From contig OZ024745.1 of assembly GCA_964016885.1 (NCBI GenBank), positions 40,176,001-40,240,000 of the forward strand: a DNA stretch of 64,000 nucleotides, read 5' to 3'. The translations under genes and the position numbers were made by a program. Position 1 is the stretch's first letter, and every line of letters starts with the position of its first letter. The stretch is from Eledone cirrhosa. Taxonomy: Eukaryota. The notes under the pieces were generated by a model. That model saw nothing but the letters and a program-made list of their open reading frames with translations. It had not been told where the DNA came from and made no database searches. Positions 39,653 to 52,289 of the stretch are shown one piece after another.

Positions 39653-41575
39653 AATTATCGAGCCCTCTTCGGAATTTGGCCTTTATATTTATTATTACTA
39701 TATATATATACATACATATATATATATATGTGTGTGTGTGTGTGAGTGTGTGTGTGTCTGCGTGTGTGTCTCTGTCTGTATGGGTGTGTGTATGTGTGTG
39801 CATGTGTGTGCATATTTATATATATTCTATTTACGTTGATAGTTTGGTTTATTTCTATGTTTACAGTGTATTCAGTACGAAAATTCGTCGGTCTTTAGAT
39901 GCATTGGAGGAGAAATAAAACGACGTTGACTTTGTGGTTTGGGATTTTGAGAGGTTATTTTGTTAGGTAGTCCTTCTGATCTGGTGATCTGATCAGCGGG
40001 TGGGCTGTATGTTTAATTGATGCATGTATAAAGAAAATTTCCTCATGCAGATGTGGGTGTTTTTTTATGATCTGGCTTCTGCTTCAAAAATTAAGATTCG
40101 GGTTGAAAATCTGATGCACAAATGTCGATGTTGGCAAACAGATTTACTCGCAGGTGGTAGCAACATTTTCCGTAAATTTTTCGTTTGGTGGCTAACGGAA
40201 ATTGCTCCATTATATGCAACCTCTCGAGGAAGATGTGTTGCGATTTGGGGTCTCTGGGACTCTATCGTTGTAGTCTATTCTGAAAAATATTTTTAATGCT
40301 AGATATGTTGTATTTTGCTATCGGATCCACCGATACAACTACGTATGATGGTAGAATTCTCCAAGTTTCTTCCCCTAAAGGGTTGTTGAGGGCTAGTATA
40401 TTCTCCATATATGTAATTCGCTCTTAGGAAATTATAGTTTTTCTGAAAGCCGTATTATGGTAGGGAAGACGCAGAAGACCAACCACACAATATAGAACAA
40501 GATAGCTTATGATATAGAGTATAATATATTTACTCTGAATGCTCTATGACGGTATTGAGGCTACACATTTTACAATTTAACTGTTTGCACATTGGAAGTT
40601 TCCAAAAAAATGGAGTTGTTTATAATGCATTAAGCAATCAGCCACTATATGTGTTAGTGCGTGTGTGTGCATTTATGCGTGTGTGTGTGTGTATGGTTGT
40701 GTGTGTGTAACCATGTGAGTGTATGCATGTGTGTGATTGTGTTGGCGTATTTGAGTATGCGTGTGTATACATGTGTGTGTTTGAGTGTGCTGCCCCTATG
40801 CATATAGTGTGCGTGTTTATTTATGTATATACTTCGGAATAATCTTTATGAATTGTTATTTTCAATATATACACATAGTAAATATTTGGTCGATAAGCAT
40901 TTACCGGATATATTCACACATTAAAAACCGGAACATGTTACAAACCGAGATGCTGACATTTATTAACAAATATACAAGATATAACAGGCAGCATATATTA
41001 CCAACGTCTATTTTTCGTTTCGACACTTGATTGCATGTACATTGGTCATGAATATTTCATAAGCTTAACTTTTTCACCTGCTTAATCTTGCCAAAGTTAT
41101 TATGTAGGCATAAGGCACTTTTATTCACGCAAACTGTGCGAGAGAATATATATGCAGAAAACGATTTTGTTTTACATACAATCTGCCCATCCTTTAGCTG
41201 ATTTTATAAAAAAATACAGGGCTTCTTCAAAAAGTATTATATATTTAAATTCTGCAGCAAATTACTATTGAACAAGGACAGAAAATCGCAAGAACATATG
41301 TATGTTTGATTCTGATTTGTGTGTATAAAACCTGGATTTAGTGCGTTCGGGCTTACACAAGTGTGCATGTTCTCGTTAATGGATAGATTCGACTGGTCGG
41401 TATCTCAATTTGAATAGTCATATTTCTTTTAGAACATAGTCTCCAAAGAACACTTTTAAATTTGTGTAAAATTTGTATTGTTTGACGTGTTGAAAAAGTA
41501 ATAATTCTTTGAAAATGTTGTATTTGATATTTTCATGGAGATATGTTTTTATGAGCCCTGTTTAATACAAACGAA

Positions 41576-41620
41576 TAACAGCAACGACAACACCGACAAC
41601 AACAACAACAACGACAACGA

Positions 41621-41655
<35 letters not shown>

Positions 41656-41672
41656 GCAATAATAATAATAAT
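41576..41672. repeat. (AAC)n/(AAT)n microsatellite
   Basis: Direct reading. Confidence 0.95.
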
Positions 41673-42551
41673 GATTTTCTTTTTTTTTATTATTATAATC
41701 AATGTGCTGTATTAACTGGCTTACCAATGCACACTTTGAATTTATTTGCCCTAGGTGTCAGGAAAACACTCGGCATATATCTCAGAAACAATAATGAAAG
41801 AAAATAAAAACAACAATAATAATAATAATAATGATTTCTGGGATTTGAATGCAATCAATGAGAGTATCTATGAAAATGAAAATAAAATCAGAAATCCTAA
41901 ATATAGATGAAGGCATGGTAAAAATATAATATTCGCTTGCATTTCAATAAAATCATGGAATAGTTCGCTTCTTCAACACTAGATAAATAAAATGATTTCT
42001 CTTTATTTTCATTCAAGATGGCTTCACAACACAAGATCCGGTTGGACGCTTGTTTGGTTAGGTTTTGATGCAATCATTCAAGAAATATAAAAACTGTTAA
42101 GAATAAGAAATATATAACAGAGATAACAAGGAAACGTTTATGTGTGGATGAATGTTCCTTTCCACTTAAATGAGGGTGCATCCAGTATAAAATATACTAG
42201 AGCGAAATACACATACTTTGTGAAATATGGTGGCTATGCTAGGAAGCATTATTCCCGAAGACGCTGGTGATGTATGGCTTCTCTCCCAAGAAAAATAAAT
42301 GTATCTACAATGTATATAGTAAAAAAGAGGAAATAGGTTAAGGATGAAATATTGCGATGGAATCAAATCAGTAGAACGAAAAAGGAGATAAATAAGGCTC
42401 AAATCTTAAGTATATTCCTTTAATTCTTTTTCTGTAGAACGCTATAATAGATGTGTAGAGCATTGATGTAAGATTTACATTGAGATGTAAAAATAATAGC
42501 AAAAATATATATATATATGAAAAAATAAAGGAAAATTAGAATGGGCTTCTT

Positions 42552-42629
<78 letters not shown>

Positions 42630-42643
42630 CCACTACTAGAAGT

Positions 42644-42696
<53 letters not shown>

Positions 42697-42725
42697 TTAA
42701 TAGTAATAATAATAATAATAATAAT
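42552..42725. repeat. (TAG)n inverted against (CTA)n, followed by (AAT)n
   Basis: GTA repeats at 42552-42629, a short spacer, ACT repeats at 42645-42696, then TAA repeats to 42725. Confidence 0.95.
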
Positions 42726-45670
42726 GATTTCTTTATTGGTCACAGGGGCTGACATCAAGAAAAACATTACAGACGGCACAGGACGGTAAGATGTGGGTTT
42801 TGTTCGTGTAAAGATTTTTATTATTTATATAAGAAAAGAATAAGAAATAGACATAGACACATATATATATATAAAAATGAAAATTCAATCAATGAAAAAT
42901 ACCCCAATAGGGGGGAAAACTGCGAGGGTTGCTCGTGGCGAAAATCACACAAAAGACCACGGCCACCCTGACCACCTGGGCAAGCGCCCTCTCTCAATTT
43001 TTCCATTTCTCAAACTACAGGCGTATATTCAGAGCGTTCCCGTTCTATCGGACCATTCTCGCTACATTCACCCACCTTTCAACAAACTTGCTAGAAGGCA
43101 GCACTTGCCTCTCCACCCTTAGTTTCCTTTTCAACTGAAACTTGAAAAAGTTAATTAGGGATTCGCCCAAGAGGAAAGTATCTGTCTTTAACCCTTTCAA
43201 CCTTGTCCACCACACAATCTCTTTCGCCATGGCCACCAGGCAGATGAAAACCGCCTGCCCTTCCTCCTCGAAGGAAAACAGCGATAACCGGCGATAACCG
43301 GCGATAACGGGATCAGTCCAGTACGCGACAGCAACTGTTCAACATAGCACCATAAGTCAACAATCCTCGGACACTGAACGAGTGCATGCACAACGGTTTC
43401 GTCGCTCTGCGCGCATCTCGGACAGGCTCAGCTGACGGCACTTCCGTGCCTGTAGAGCTTATCTCGAACGGGCAATGCTCCCCCGTAGCACTGCCAGGCC
43501 AGGGATTTTGGGAAGTTATCCATAGGCCCTGGGCTAAAAGTACTCCGGAAGAGGGCAAACAGCTGATCTTCTTCGACGCCCAGAATCTCTCCGAGAACGT
43601 CGTCGCTCTTCCCCTCCACTATTTCTCTATAGAACGCCGAGGTGGATGTTCCACCGATACTGGTGCCCAGCTGGCAGTGGGCAGTGAGCGCCTGGAGACA
43701 TTCCAGTTTCCGAGCTCTATCCCTCGGTCTTTTCCTGACACAGGACTGAAGCTCCGTCAAGGAGACGAGCTCTGGGAAAACGTGCCTGGCGTACGGCGAC
43801 CACACCTGTTCACCGTCAAGTAATCACCAGAGATGACGCAGCCTCAACGCATGTTTGCGCATCATCAGCCATGGCATGCCCAGTCCTCCACGCAACCGGT
43901 GTTGACAGCAGATGGATCGTCTGACCATGGGAGCGCGTCCCTTCCACAAAAAGCGGAAGCGAAGGCGCTCCATTTTGGTGAGTGTTGGGCCGGGGCAAGG
44001 GACGACGGTGAGGCAGTAGCAGATGACGGATGCGATGTATGCATTCGCCATCTCCGCCCGGCATTTCAGGGATAACTTCCTCTCAACCCATTTCTGGGTG
44101 AGGGACCCACCTTGCTCGCCACCTCGCTCCAGCTTTTCTCCATCTGGAGGTCCGCTCCGAACCAGACCCCGAGCAATTTAACCGGTCCGCCCGTCCAACG
44201 TCTCACGACGCTGTCGGACGGCATGGACTTGCCTCTCCAGGTGCCGAGCTGCAAGCCCATCGACCATTCCTGGTTTATCATTGCTCCTGTCACCGCTTCG
44301 TTTTCCTTGAGAGCGGTGCCGAGTATCTGTACGTGTCTGGTGCTCGACCCCACCATGGTGACGTCGTCAGCGCACGCTGATATGGATTTCCCGCATCCTA
44401 GTGCGCGTGGAACGTCCCTATCAACACCAGTTTGTGCAGTAACGGCTCGAGAGCCAATACGTACAAGAGGGACGAGAGGGGACAACCCTGGCGGACCGAG
44501 CGCATGATGCTGAACGGTTACGACAGGTGACCGTTCACCCTCACAACTAAGCAGATGTCGCTGTACATCGCAGCGATCCAACCCATGAAAACGGGCCCGA
44601 AACCGGCTGCCTACAGGACCGCCGCTAGGTACCGATGTTTCACCCTATCGAATTATTTGGATTGATCCACGTTCATCAGGGCCCCACCAGTGCCAGGTTT
44701 CTTAACCACCCTCTCTATGATGTATCGCATGAGATGGAGGATGTCGTCTATGGATCTGTCCGGAATGGCGCATGTCTGCGCCTCTCCTACCAGACCCTTG
44801 ACGACAAGCGCCAACATCGTTGCTAACACCTTGGCCAAAATCTTGAATTCTGCTTTTAGCAAGGTTATGGGCCTGAAGTTATCGATAACATCCCCCTTAT
44901 TCGGGTGTTTTCTGAGCAGCGCCACCGCTCCCCGGCTCACAAAACCGGGAATGCTCTCGTTCTGCTGCCAGTTGCAGTAGACGTCTGCCAAGAGGTCACC
45001 GACCAAGAGTGGCATAAATGCATAAAGCTCGTCGGGCAGACCGTCCAAACCTGGCGATTAAATCCCTCGTGCAGTTAGCCATCGCTTCCCGTATTTCACC
45101 GGCTGTTATTGTCTTTTCGCAACACTATGCTGCCGTCGTCGAGTGCCGAGGCAGTCCTTCGAGGTATACACTGAATTCCATACCCCGATCCGGCTCGCCG
45201 CTGCTCCCGAACAGTTCAGCAAAGTGCTGCTGAAAAGCTTCAATTATCTGCGCAGGTTCGACCAACACGCGCCCGTTTTGGTCATATAAAGACCGAATTG
45301 TGGCTTTGTTGCCACGTCGCACCTCTGCCACCCGGGCCCATTGGACGGCTTTTGTCCCCTCGTGTTTTAGAGCACGCGCTCTAGCTCGGACCACGCAGCC
45401 TTCGTGTTCTGCGTTGAAGAATTGGTCGAGTGCCAAACTTTGCTGCCAGCACGTCGGTTGTGATGCCTGTCCTAAGCACCTATTCTAGCTTTCTGACTAG
45501 ACTCTCCCTCTACTCTATTTTCCTCTATCACTAGTCCTTTGCTAAACCTAATCGACTCTACTTTAATTGCCTTTTTCAGGACGAACCACCACCTGTTGTT
45601 GACGACCGCTCCCGTCAACGCCCACTTAACTAATACGCTAATCCGGTCTCTGTAGGCTTTGCGCGCCCGG
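42726..45670 (-). mobile_element. 5'-truncated L1/Tx1-clade LINE (RT, CCHC, 3' UTR), flanked by (AAT)n on both sides
   Basis: Frameshifted ORF2 remnants (DGLPDELY, DNFRPITLL, ACADDVT, VKLLGVWFG, ALPVRDKLYRHG) are collinear with 45726-48520. AATAAA lies near the 3' end. Confidence 0.93.
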
Positions 45671-45681
45671 AAATAATAATG

Positions 45682-45726
<45 letters not shown>

Positions 45727-45969
45727 TTTTCTTTATTAACCACAAGGGTTCACATAAAGTAGACATTAAGGACAGTACAGGACAATACAGGACGGTACAA
45801 ATGGGCATTTCTGCGTGTAAAAAAACAGAGATTGAAATAAAATAACAAAGAAAAAATTCCCCAATAGGGGGGAGACTTCCAAGGGACATTTGTGGAGAAA
45901 GCCCATTAAAAGACCACAGTGGCCCTGACCACCAGGGCAAGTGCCCTCTCCCAGTTTTCCACCTTTAAT

Positions 45970-48900
45970 TTACAAACACATACTCAGAGAAGGCCCATTC
46001 ATTCGGGCCATACTTGCTTCTCTCACCCATCTTTCAACAAAATGCTGGGAAGAGAGCACTTCCCTCTCTACCCTGATTTTCCTTTTCAAATGAAATTTGA
46101 AAAAGTTAATCAGGGCATCACCGAAGAGGTAAGTGCTCGTCTTCAGCCCTTTCAAACGTGTCCACCATACTATCTCTTTCGCCATGGCCACCAGACAGAT
46201 AAAAACTGCCTGCCCTTCCAGGCTAAAGGAAGGGGGCGGGGCAATCCTCACGATGGACTCAGCTGATAGCTGGATCCGTCCTACACGTGACAGCAGGTGT
46301 TCGACATAAACCCACAAGTCAGCAATTTTCGGACACTGGACGAGTGCGTGCAGGACGGTTTCGTCGCCCTGCGCGCATCTCGGACATGCCCGGCTGACGG
46401 CACCTCCATGCCTGTAGAGTTTATCCCGAACTGGCAAAGCTCCTCGGTAGCACTGCCAGGCCAGGGATTTCTGGAAGTTGTCCATAGGCCCCGGCCCGAA
46501 AGTCCTTCCGAAGAGATTGGCTAGTTGATTTTCGTCGACGCCTAGAGTTTCTCCAAGTACGTCGTCGCTCTTCCCCTCCACTAATCCCCTATAGAACGCC
46601 AAGGTGGAGTTTCCACCGATCACATTGCCCGATTGGTCGAGGGCTGTGAGCGCCTGAAGACATTCCAGTCTCCAAGCGCTCCCTCTCGGTCTTCGCTTGA
46701 CCCAGGACTGCAGCTCCGTCAAGGAGACGAGCTGGGGAAAAACGTGTCTTGCAAACGGCGACCACACCTGATCACCGTCGAGGAAGAGGTGGAGATGTCG
46801 TAGCCCGAGCGCGTGTCTGCGCATCATCAGCCACGGCATACCCAGCCCTCCACGTAGCGGGTGTTGACAGCAGATGGACCGCCTGACCATCGGAGCGCGT
46901 CCCTTCCACAAGAAGCGAAAGAGCAAACGCTCCAGCGCAGTCAGGCGGGGCTTAGGACAAGGTACGACGGTCAGGCGGTAGTAGATGACGGATAGCTTCC
47001 TCTCGGCCCATTTCTGGGTGAGAGAAGCCACCCTGCTCGTCACCTCGTCCCAGTTTTTGTCCGTCTGGAGGTCTGGACCGAACCAGACCCCTAGCAATTT
47101 AACCGGTCCGTCCGTCCAGCGCCCGACGACGCTTTTGGACGGCATGGACCTTCCTCTCCAGGTGCCGAGCTGCAGGCCCACTGACTTTTCCTGGTTGATC
47201 ATTGCTCCTGTCACCGCTTCGTATTCTCTTAGTGTAGTGCCGATCGCCTCGATGTGTTTGGCGTTCGACACCACTACGGTGACATCGTCGGCATATGCTG
47301 ACACGGATCTTCCGCATCCTAGTTCGCGCGGGACACGCCTCAACGTCTCTAGTTTGTGCAGTAATTGCTCGAGAGTCAATACGTACAATAGGGACGAGAG
47401 GGGACATCCTTGGCGGACCGAGCGCATGATGTTGAACGGTTCCGAAAGGTGACCGTTCACTCTCACTACAGAGCTGATGTCGCTGTGCATGGCAGCGATC
47501 CAGCCTCTGAAGACGGGCCCAAAGCCAGCCGCCCTCAGGACTGCCGTTAGGTAACGATGGTCGACCCTATCGAAGCCATGAGGTGGAGGTTGTCGTGGAT
47601 GGATCTGTCGGGAATGGCGCATGCCTGTGCCTCTCCCACCAGACCACCAACGACAAGCGCCAACCTCTTTGCTAGCACCTTGGCCAAAATCTTGAACTCT
47701 GTGTTTAGCAGAGTTATGGGCCTAAAATTATCTATGTTATCCCCCTTGTTCGGATCCTTTCTCAGCAGCGCCACCGCTCCTCGGCTCACAGAGCTGGGAA
47801 TTCTCCCGTTCTGTTGCCAGTTGCAGTAGACGTCCGCCAAGAGGCCTCTGAAAAAGTTTGGCATTTGTACGTAAAGTTCATAGGGCAGACCATCCAAACC
47901 AGGCGATTTACCCCATGTGCAACTAGTCATTGCATCCCGTACTTCAGCGATTGTTATCGGCTTTTCGCAACACTCCGCCTCAGTGGCCGAAAGCCGCGGC
48001 AGTCCGTCGAGGTAGACACTAAAGTCCATCCCTCGATCCGGCCCGCCACTGCCCCCGAACAGTTGAGCGAAGTGTCGCTGAAAAGCTTCACACATTTGCC
48101 CGGGATCGAGTAGCATGCGCCCGTCGTAGTCCACCAAAGACCGGATCGTGGCTTTGTTGCCACGACGCGCCTCCGCCACTCGGGCCCATTGAACGGCTTT
48201 CGTCCCCTCGTGTCTGAGAGCACGCACCCTAGCTCTGACAACGCAGCCTTCGTGCTTTGCATTGAAGAATTGGTCAAGGGCCAATTTCGCCGCAAGTACG
48301 TCGGTCGCGATGCCTTTGCTAAGCGCCTCATCTAATTTTCTAACTAATTCTCCCTCTGCTCTATTTTTCTCTATTGCTAAAGTCTTACTAAACCTAATGG
48401 ACTCTATTCTAATTGCTCTTTTCAGAGCAAACCACCACTTGTTGTTGACGATGGCCCCCGTCAACGCCCGCTTAACTAGTTCGCTAATCCGGTCTCTGTA
48501 GGCCTTGCGCGCTGGTAAGGACGCGTTTAGCTTCCAGTAGCCGGGTCCTCGTCTATGAAGCCTATCTAAGTCAAGCACACAGATCACGAATTTGTGGTCC
48601 GTGTAGCTGACTATCTTGAATTGTGGACAGCGTATGCTAGACCTATCTATTTCCCTACAAAATACTCTATCTAGATATGATCTGGATGACCCTATGCGAT
48701 TTGTCCAAGTCCACATTGGTACATTCGGGAAATCCATTCGGTACCTGTCAGACAGTTCAAAACGTCTGAGCAGGTTGGTGAGACTCTTGCACCCTCCTTC
48801 CCTATCCACTAATCCCACACAATCCCAGCGTGCATCTAAGATCCCGTTCCAGTCGCCCACTAACACTAAAGAGCGGGACGTTCCAAGAAAGGTCTCCAGA

Positions 48901-49274
48901 CGCCGGAAGAAATCAGGCCGCCCTGCTCCTGTCGGGGCATAGACGGCCACTAACCTGAAAGCTTGCCCGTCTCCGCTGGTCACGTCCAGCACCACCGACT
49001 TACCTTCTGGGTCCAGGAAGATGGCCCGTATGGCAAGATCCAAACCTCTCCGAAAAAGCACAGCAACTCCTCCCCCCGATCCCGGACGGCTGGGAGATGC
49101 GTACACATCGTAGCCGCCGAAGATCGGTGCGAAAGCCTGTGCTTCGGAGATTCTGGTCTCGCTGATGGCCACTACATCTATGTTTAGTGACCTGAGGTCG
49201 TTGAGCAGGTGGCCCTGCTTCAATGACGACCCCAAGCCACGCGCATTTATGCTGCCTATTCTGAGTGAGGTCAT
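45970..49274 (-). pseudogene. LINE ORF2 (AP endonuclease + reverse transcriptase + CCHC), broken by one frameshifting deletion
   Basis: EN motifs SINARGL, ISET, VYAP, GDWN, SYLDRVF, TDH. RT motifs GKSPGLDGL, FRPITLLN, FDRVDH, RQGCPLS, YADD. C-terminal CPRC...H...C. Frameshift at ~47577. Confidence 0.93.
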
Positions 49275-49308
49275 GTTGAAAAGGAGTGGAAAAGATGGGA
49301 AAGACCAC

Positions 49309-51306
49309 TTACCTTACTTCTCGTAGGGAAAGGACGGCTTTTCCATCCTTTTCACTGCTTGTGGCCTCCTCAGGAAGGATGTCCTTATAAATCCTCCTGG
49401 AGAGTGCTTGTCGGAAGTCTCCGATGTCTTTGGGGAATTTTTGTTTTAGTGTCATGTACGTTTTCTGTGTGATGCGAGTGATTTGTATGTGTGGAGGTGG
49501 TGTGAATTTTGGGGTTGTTGTGTAGTCTTTTTCTGTGATGCTGGTGTTGTGTTGGATGTAGTGTAATAATTGCTTGTTGTTCAAATTTAATGCTGTGTAG
49601 TGTGTATCGTTTTGGTTGTTTTGTTTTGTTTGCGTTTGTTGTGGGTTTGTTTCTGTTTCGCATTTTGGTGACTTTTGTGGTGTAGGTGATGGTGGTGTTG
49701 GAGTTAATGATGGTGATGGTGTTGGTGTTTGGGTTGATGGGGTTGGTGATGCTGGTGTGGATGGTGGCATATCTGTCCTAACTTTTTTGTTTCTTAGTTT
49801 ATTTGTTTCCCTCTGTATTTTGTTTTTGGAGGGGGAAGGAAGAGAATTTTTTCTTTTTTGGTTTCTTTTTTTTTTTCCGGATATCGTTTCCCACTCCTCG
49901 TCGTCACAATCTGTCTCCAGTTGTGATAGGCCGGGGAGTGGAAAATCCTCCACAGCCGTTAGTTTTGGTTGTGGTGTGGTGGATGGTGTAGGCGCTGGTG
50001 CTAGTTCTGAAGCGTTGGGTGGTGGTGGTGTTGGTTTTGCTGGTCGTGGTTGTGGTGTTGGTTTTGCTACTGTTGCTGGGGTTGTTGCTGCTATAGTTGC
50101 TTCTGTTGTTGCTGCTACAGTTGTTGCTGCCATCTCTGCTACTGGTGGTGTTGATGGTTGTGTCACTGGGGTTGGTAGGAGAGGTGGCCTCAACCTTTTA
50201 GCCTGAGGGCAGAAAGCCCTTAGGTGGGTTCCTTCACCACAAACGACACACCTAGGTCTTCTGCCCTCGACAATCACCGTGAGGTGGCTGCCGTCAGTGA
50301 GGTCTATTACCTCTGGGATCTCCTCAATGCTTTTTTGGTCCGCTTGGATCAGGAGCTCCATCCCAGATCCGGACCAGTTTTCCTGCTTTTCTTTTTCTTT
50401 TGCTACTGCTATTATTTTCGTGTTGGCTTCGATGCCGGCGAGGACAGCCGCTATTAGCCAGGGAATTTCGATGGCCGGTGGAACGTGGGTCACCCTGATC
50501 TTTACGAGTCTCTGGCCACAATAGCTTGGGACGAGTGTGAGGTCGTCACTTTTTAATGGGGCCATGGAGTGTCCTCTAGCCTCCTCTGGTGTTTCAAAGA
50601 ACACATCCACGGTTCCATACTTTTGCCCACGTCTGATGTGGGTTTTTCTTGCCCACACATGTCCCAAAGCTTTTTGGATTTGGGACTCGGATGCCCGTTC
50701 CACTCGGCGCGATTTTACATTTATTGTTCTATACGACACGGTGCACAGGTGCCGATGCTCCATTTTATTAGGTGGGGGGGAGAGGCTGACCCTGTACCCA
50801 TCTTTCTTTACCATTTGTTTGGCATTTTCTAAATCTTCTTGAGTTACCGTGAACGCTTCGTATTGTTTTGCTACGATGGCGAAACTGAGGGTCGGTTTTA
50901 TAATATCATTGTTGTTGTTGCTATCGTTATTTGTGTTAATCTTAATTTTAGTTTCAGTTGTGGTGGTGGTGACGTCATTCGTCTTTGGTGGGGAAGAGTC
51001 CATTTTGCTTGATTTCATTTCGACATCACGAGTTAATTTATTTTTTTCTTCTTTTGTTTCTGGTGTCGCGGTGGTGGTGGTGGTGGTGGTTGTCGCGGTG
51101 GTGGTGGTGGTGGAGGCTTTAACACCTGCAGTCATTGGTAATGGCGGGAAATGAATGTCTGCCTGAGACAAATTTAAAATATTGCTACTGCTTATATTTT
51201 TTTTTGTGTTGGCAAACGTAGTAACATTTACAATGGTGGTGTCGGTGTGAGGTGTTATTTCGTGAGGAAGGCTTTCAGCTGCTTCGTGCAGAGGGGAATT
51301 AGCCAT
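49309..51306 (-). CDS. LINE ORF1 protein (665 aa; one CCHC zinc knuckle; Thr/Pro-rich low-complexity flanks)
   Basis: Open 665-aa ORF directly upstream of ORF2. CVVCGEGTHLRAFC = CX2CX4HX4C, preceded by a V.VEGRRPR motif typical of Tx1/L1 ORF1. Confidence 0.88.
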   Translation of the reverse strand: MANSPLHEAAESLPHEITPHTDTTIVNVTTFANTKKNISSSNILNLSQADIHFPPLPMTAGVKASTTTTTATTTTTTTTATPETKEEKNKLTRDVEMKSSKMDSSPPKTNDVTTTTTETKIKINTNNDSNNNNDIIKPTLSFAIVAKQYEAFTVTQEDLENAKQMVKKDGYRVSLSPPPNKMEHRHLCTVSYRTINVKSRRVERASESQIQKALGHVWARKTHIRRGQKYGTVDVFFETPEEARGHSMAPLKSDDLTLVPSYCGQRLVKIRVTHVPPAIEIPWLIAAVLAGIEANTKIIAVAKEKEKQENWSGSGMELLIQADQKSIEEIPEVIDLTDGSHLTVIVEGRRPRCVVCGEGTHLRAFCPQAKRLRPPLLPTPVTQPSTPPVAEMAATTVAATTEATIAATTPATVAKPTPQPRPAKPTPPPPNASELAPAPTPSTTPQPKLTAVEDFPLPGLSQLETDCDDEEWETISGKKKRNQKRKNSLPSPSKNKIQRETNKLRNKKVRTDMPPSTPASPTPSTQTPTPSPSLTPTPPSPTPQKSPKCETETNPQQTQTKQNNQNDTHYTALNLNNKQLLHYIQHNTSITEKDYTTTPKFTPPPHIQITRITQKTYMTLKQKFPKDIGDFRQALSRRIYKDILPEEATSSEKDGKAVLSLREVR

Positions 51307-51514
51307 TTTTTTTCAAAGAAATTTGTGGATAATAATAAAAGTTAAAATTTTGGGCACAAGGCCCCAATCTTTTTGGGTGTCCCTTTCAGAAAACAATGTA
51401 TGTGTGCTTATAAACAGTTAACAATAAAATGTTCCATAAATGGCAATTTTTAACAAACGGAAATAACAAACCTTTGCGGAGCTCACGATGATACGATTTA
51501 CTACGTAGGTCGCC

Positions 51515-51547
<33 letters not shown>

Positions 51548-51548
<1 letters not shown>

Positions 51549-51755
51549 GAAATACAAAAGATAGTACTAATGGGAACTGCCCATATACTAAGGAAGATTC
51601 TGTCAATATAAGTACATCACAAGTCTAAACACTAAAGATGCATGTGTGAGTATGTATGTTCTTTCTTGAACATGGCGGACCTTGTTGTCTCTTGAGGTCA
51701 CTGGTTGTGACTTGGTGATAACTCGTATGAACATAAAGCAAGATAAATGCAACTG

Positions 51756-51786
<31 letters not shown>
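51548..51786 (+). mobile_element. Short 3' end of an R4/Dong LINE with (TAA)n tail
   Basis: Encodes EIQKIVLMGTAHILRKILSI* plus a 3' UTR nearly identical to 57285-57509. Confidence 0.8.
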
Positions 51787-51788
<2 letters not shown>

Positions 51789-52289
51789 AATCGCTCCCGT
51801 AAGTTTTTGATTTTTAACATATTTAAATCAATTGTGAAATAACAATTCTTATTACAAATAATGCATAAAGCCCCAGACTCAAGCCTCAGGAAGATTCGGA
51901 TCCATAATATATTGTTATATCGCTCAAATATTCAATTTTGTAATATACATTTTACATTCAAAAAAGAAAATGGTTATAAATGGAAGAAAACCCCTCTGTC
52001 TACACTATATAGAACAGCCAAATAACAGCAATTTCACCAACACCACAAACTAGATACACCACCTACCCCATCGCTCCTCTGTGTACACTAAATACAACAG
52101 CCAGATAACGGCAATTTCACCATCACCACCACCAATCCCAGCATAATAATTATAATTACTATTATTATTGTCTCAAGTCTTCACAAAATGTTTAATTCCA
52201 ATATTAAGGAAAATATGTCAACACATATACGCGACTAACCCCATAGATTCACCGATCAAACAAAAATATAGTCTATTCAACAAAACTCA

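Larger units (their letters stand above)
45726..51514 (-). mobile_element. Near full-length L1/Tx1-clade LINE (5.8 kb) inserted in (AAT)n
   Basis: ~208-bp 5' UTR, ORF1, ORF2 (APE-RT-CCHC) and a 3' UTR with AATAAA. (AAT)n tracts at 45672-45725 and 51515-51548. Confidence 0.96.

Noticed and set aside
49385-51154. Long plus-strand and alternate-frame ORFs overlapping LINE ORF1 (and similar ones over ORF2 and Dong)
   Set aside because: They are antisense or shadow frames of low-complexity coding sequence.
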